DNA from: Bigelowiella natans CCMP2755
Taxonomy: Eukaryota; Protista; Cercozoa
Direction: 5' to 3'
Assembly: GCA_000320545.1 (NCBI GenBank)
Contig: ADNK01002544.1
Span: 62,001-126,000, forward strand
Length of the DNA: 64,000 nt
Position 1 is the stretch's first letter, and each line of letters starts with the position of its first letter. Under the pieces are notes generated by a model that saw nothing but the letters and a program-made list of their open reading frames with translations, was not told where the DNA came from and ran no database searches. Positions 63,601-64,000 of this stretch are shown here, in pieces. The translations under genes and the position numbers were made by a program.

Positions 63601-64000
63601 CTATCACATGAGTATACTCCCTACCTTCCCATCTCTCATATTGTCATCGTCTGTGTATGGTGTTGCACGAATATAACCTCACCTAATGATAATAACAACC
63701 AACAGCCACGCTCAATGCATCGTGATTTCTATTTCCTACAATGAATGAGACCCTACCCCACCCCCCAGCCTTTCCTTACAGTCATTTAGTGTTAAACAAA
63801 TGACTGAAGACACAACATATACATCTACAAGCCGAGGTACATTATGTACCTGCAGCTCTCTCTTCACGAATGTACACATGCATGGTTATATGCGTATGCA
63901 TATACCCATTGGCACAGCTTGATACTTACCCTCCCTCCCATCCCCTCTGCTCTTGGTGAGATGTTCCTTCGCAGTCCTCCCCTAATATCGTTAGATATCG

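Overview
Eukaryotic (protist-like) nuclear DNA: intron-rich host genes with microsatellite-laden introns (chalcone-isomerase-fold protein, secreted protein, phytol/farnesol kinase-like, EF-hand protein, YnfA-like, R-SNARE-motif protein, amino-acid transporter, tRNA-Arg) alternate with islands of repeat or foreign DNA. The main signal is that these islands have lost almost all TpA dinucleotides, and in the most affected cores also ApT, through A>G and T>C transitions on both strands. By eye I found a single TpA in ~8.2 kb (46570-54769). Tyr codons became Cys/His/Arg and TAA/TAG stops were erased in a LINE, a Harbinger transposase, an intronless RNR-R2 gene and an old Gypsy copy; a tRNA-Gly shows the same TpA changes. 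In partly mutated islands the surviving TpA are mostly in CTAG. A young, intact, TpA-rich Ty3/Gypsy element (identical 326-bp LTRs, CCCA TSD) is inserted inside a hypermutated relative, giving an internal before/after comparison, and its polyprotein ends in a degenerate DIRS-type adenine-methyltransferase-like domain. I infer a RIP-like, adenine-directed (A-to-G) genome-defence mutator. All counts and alignments were done by eye. Gene boundaries of multi-exon genes are approximate.
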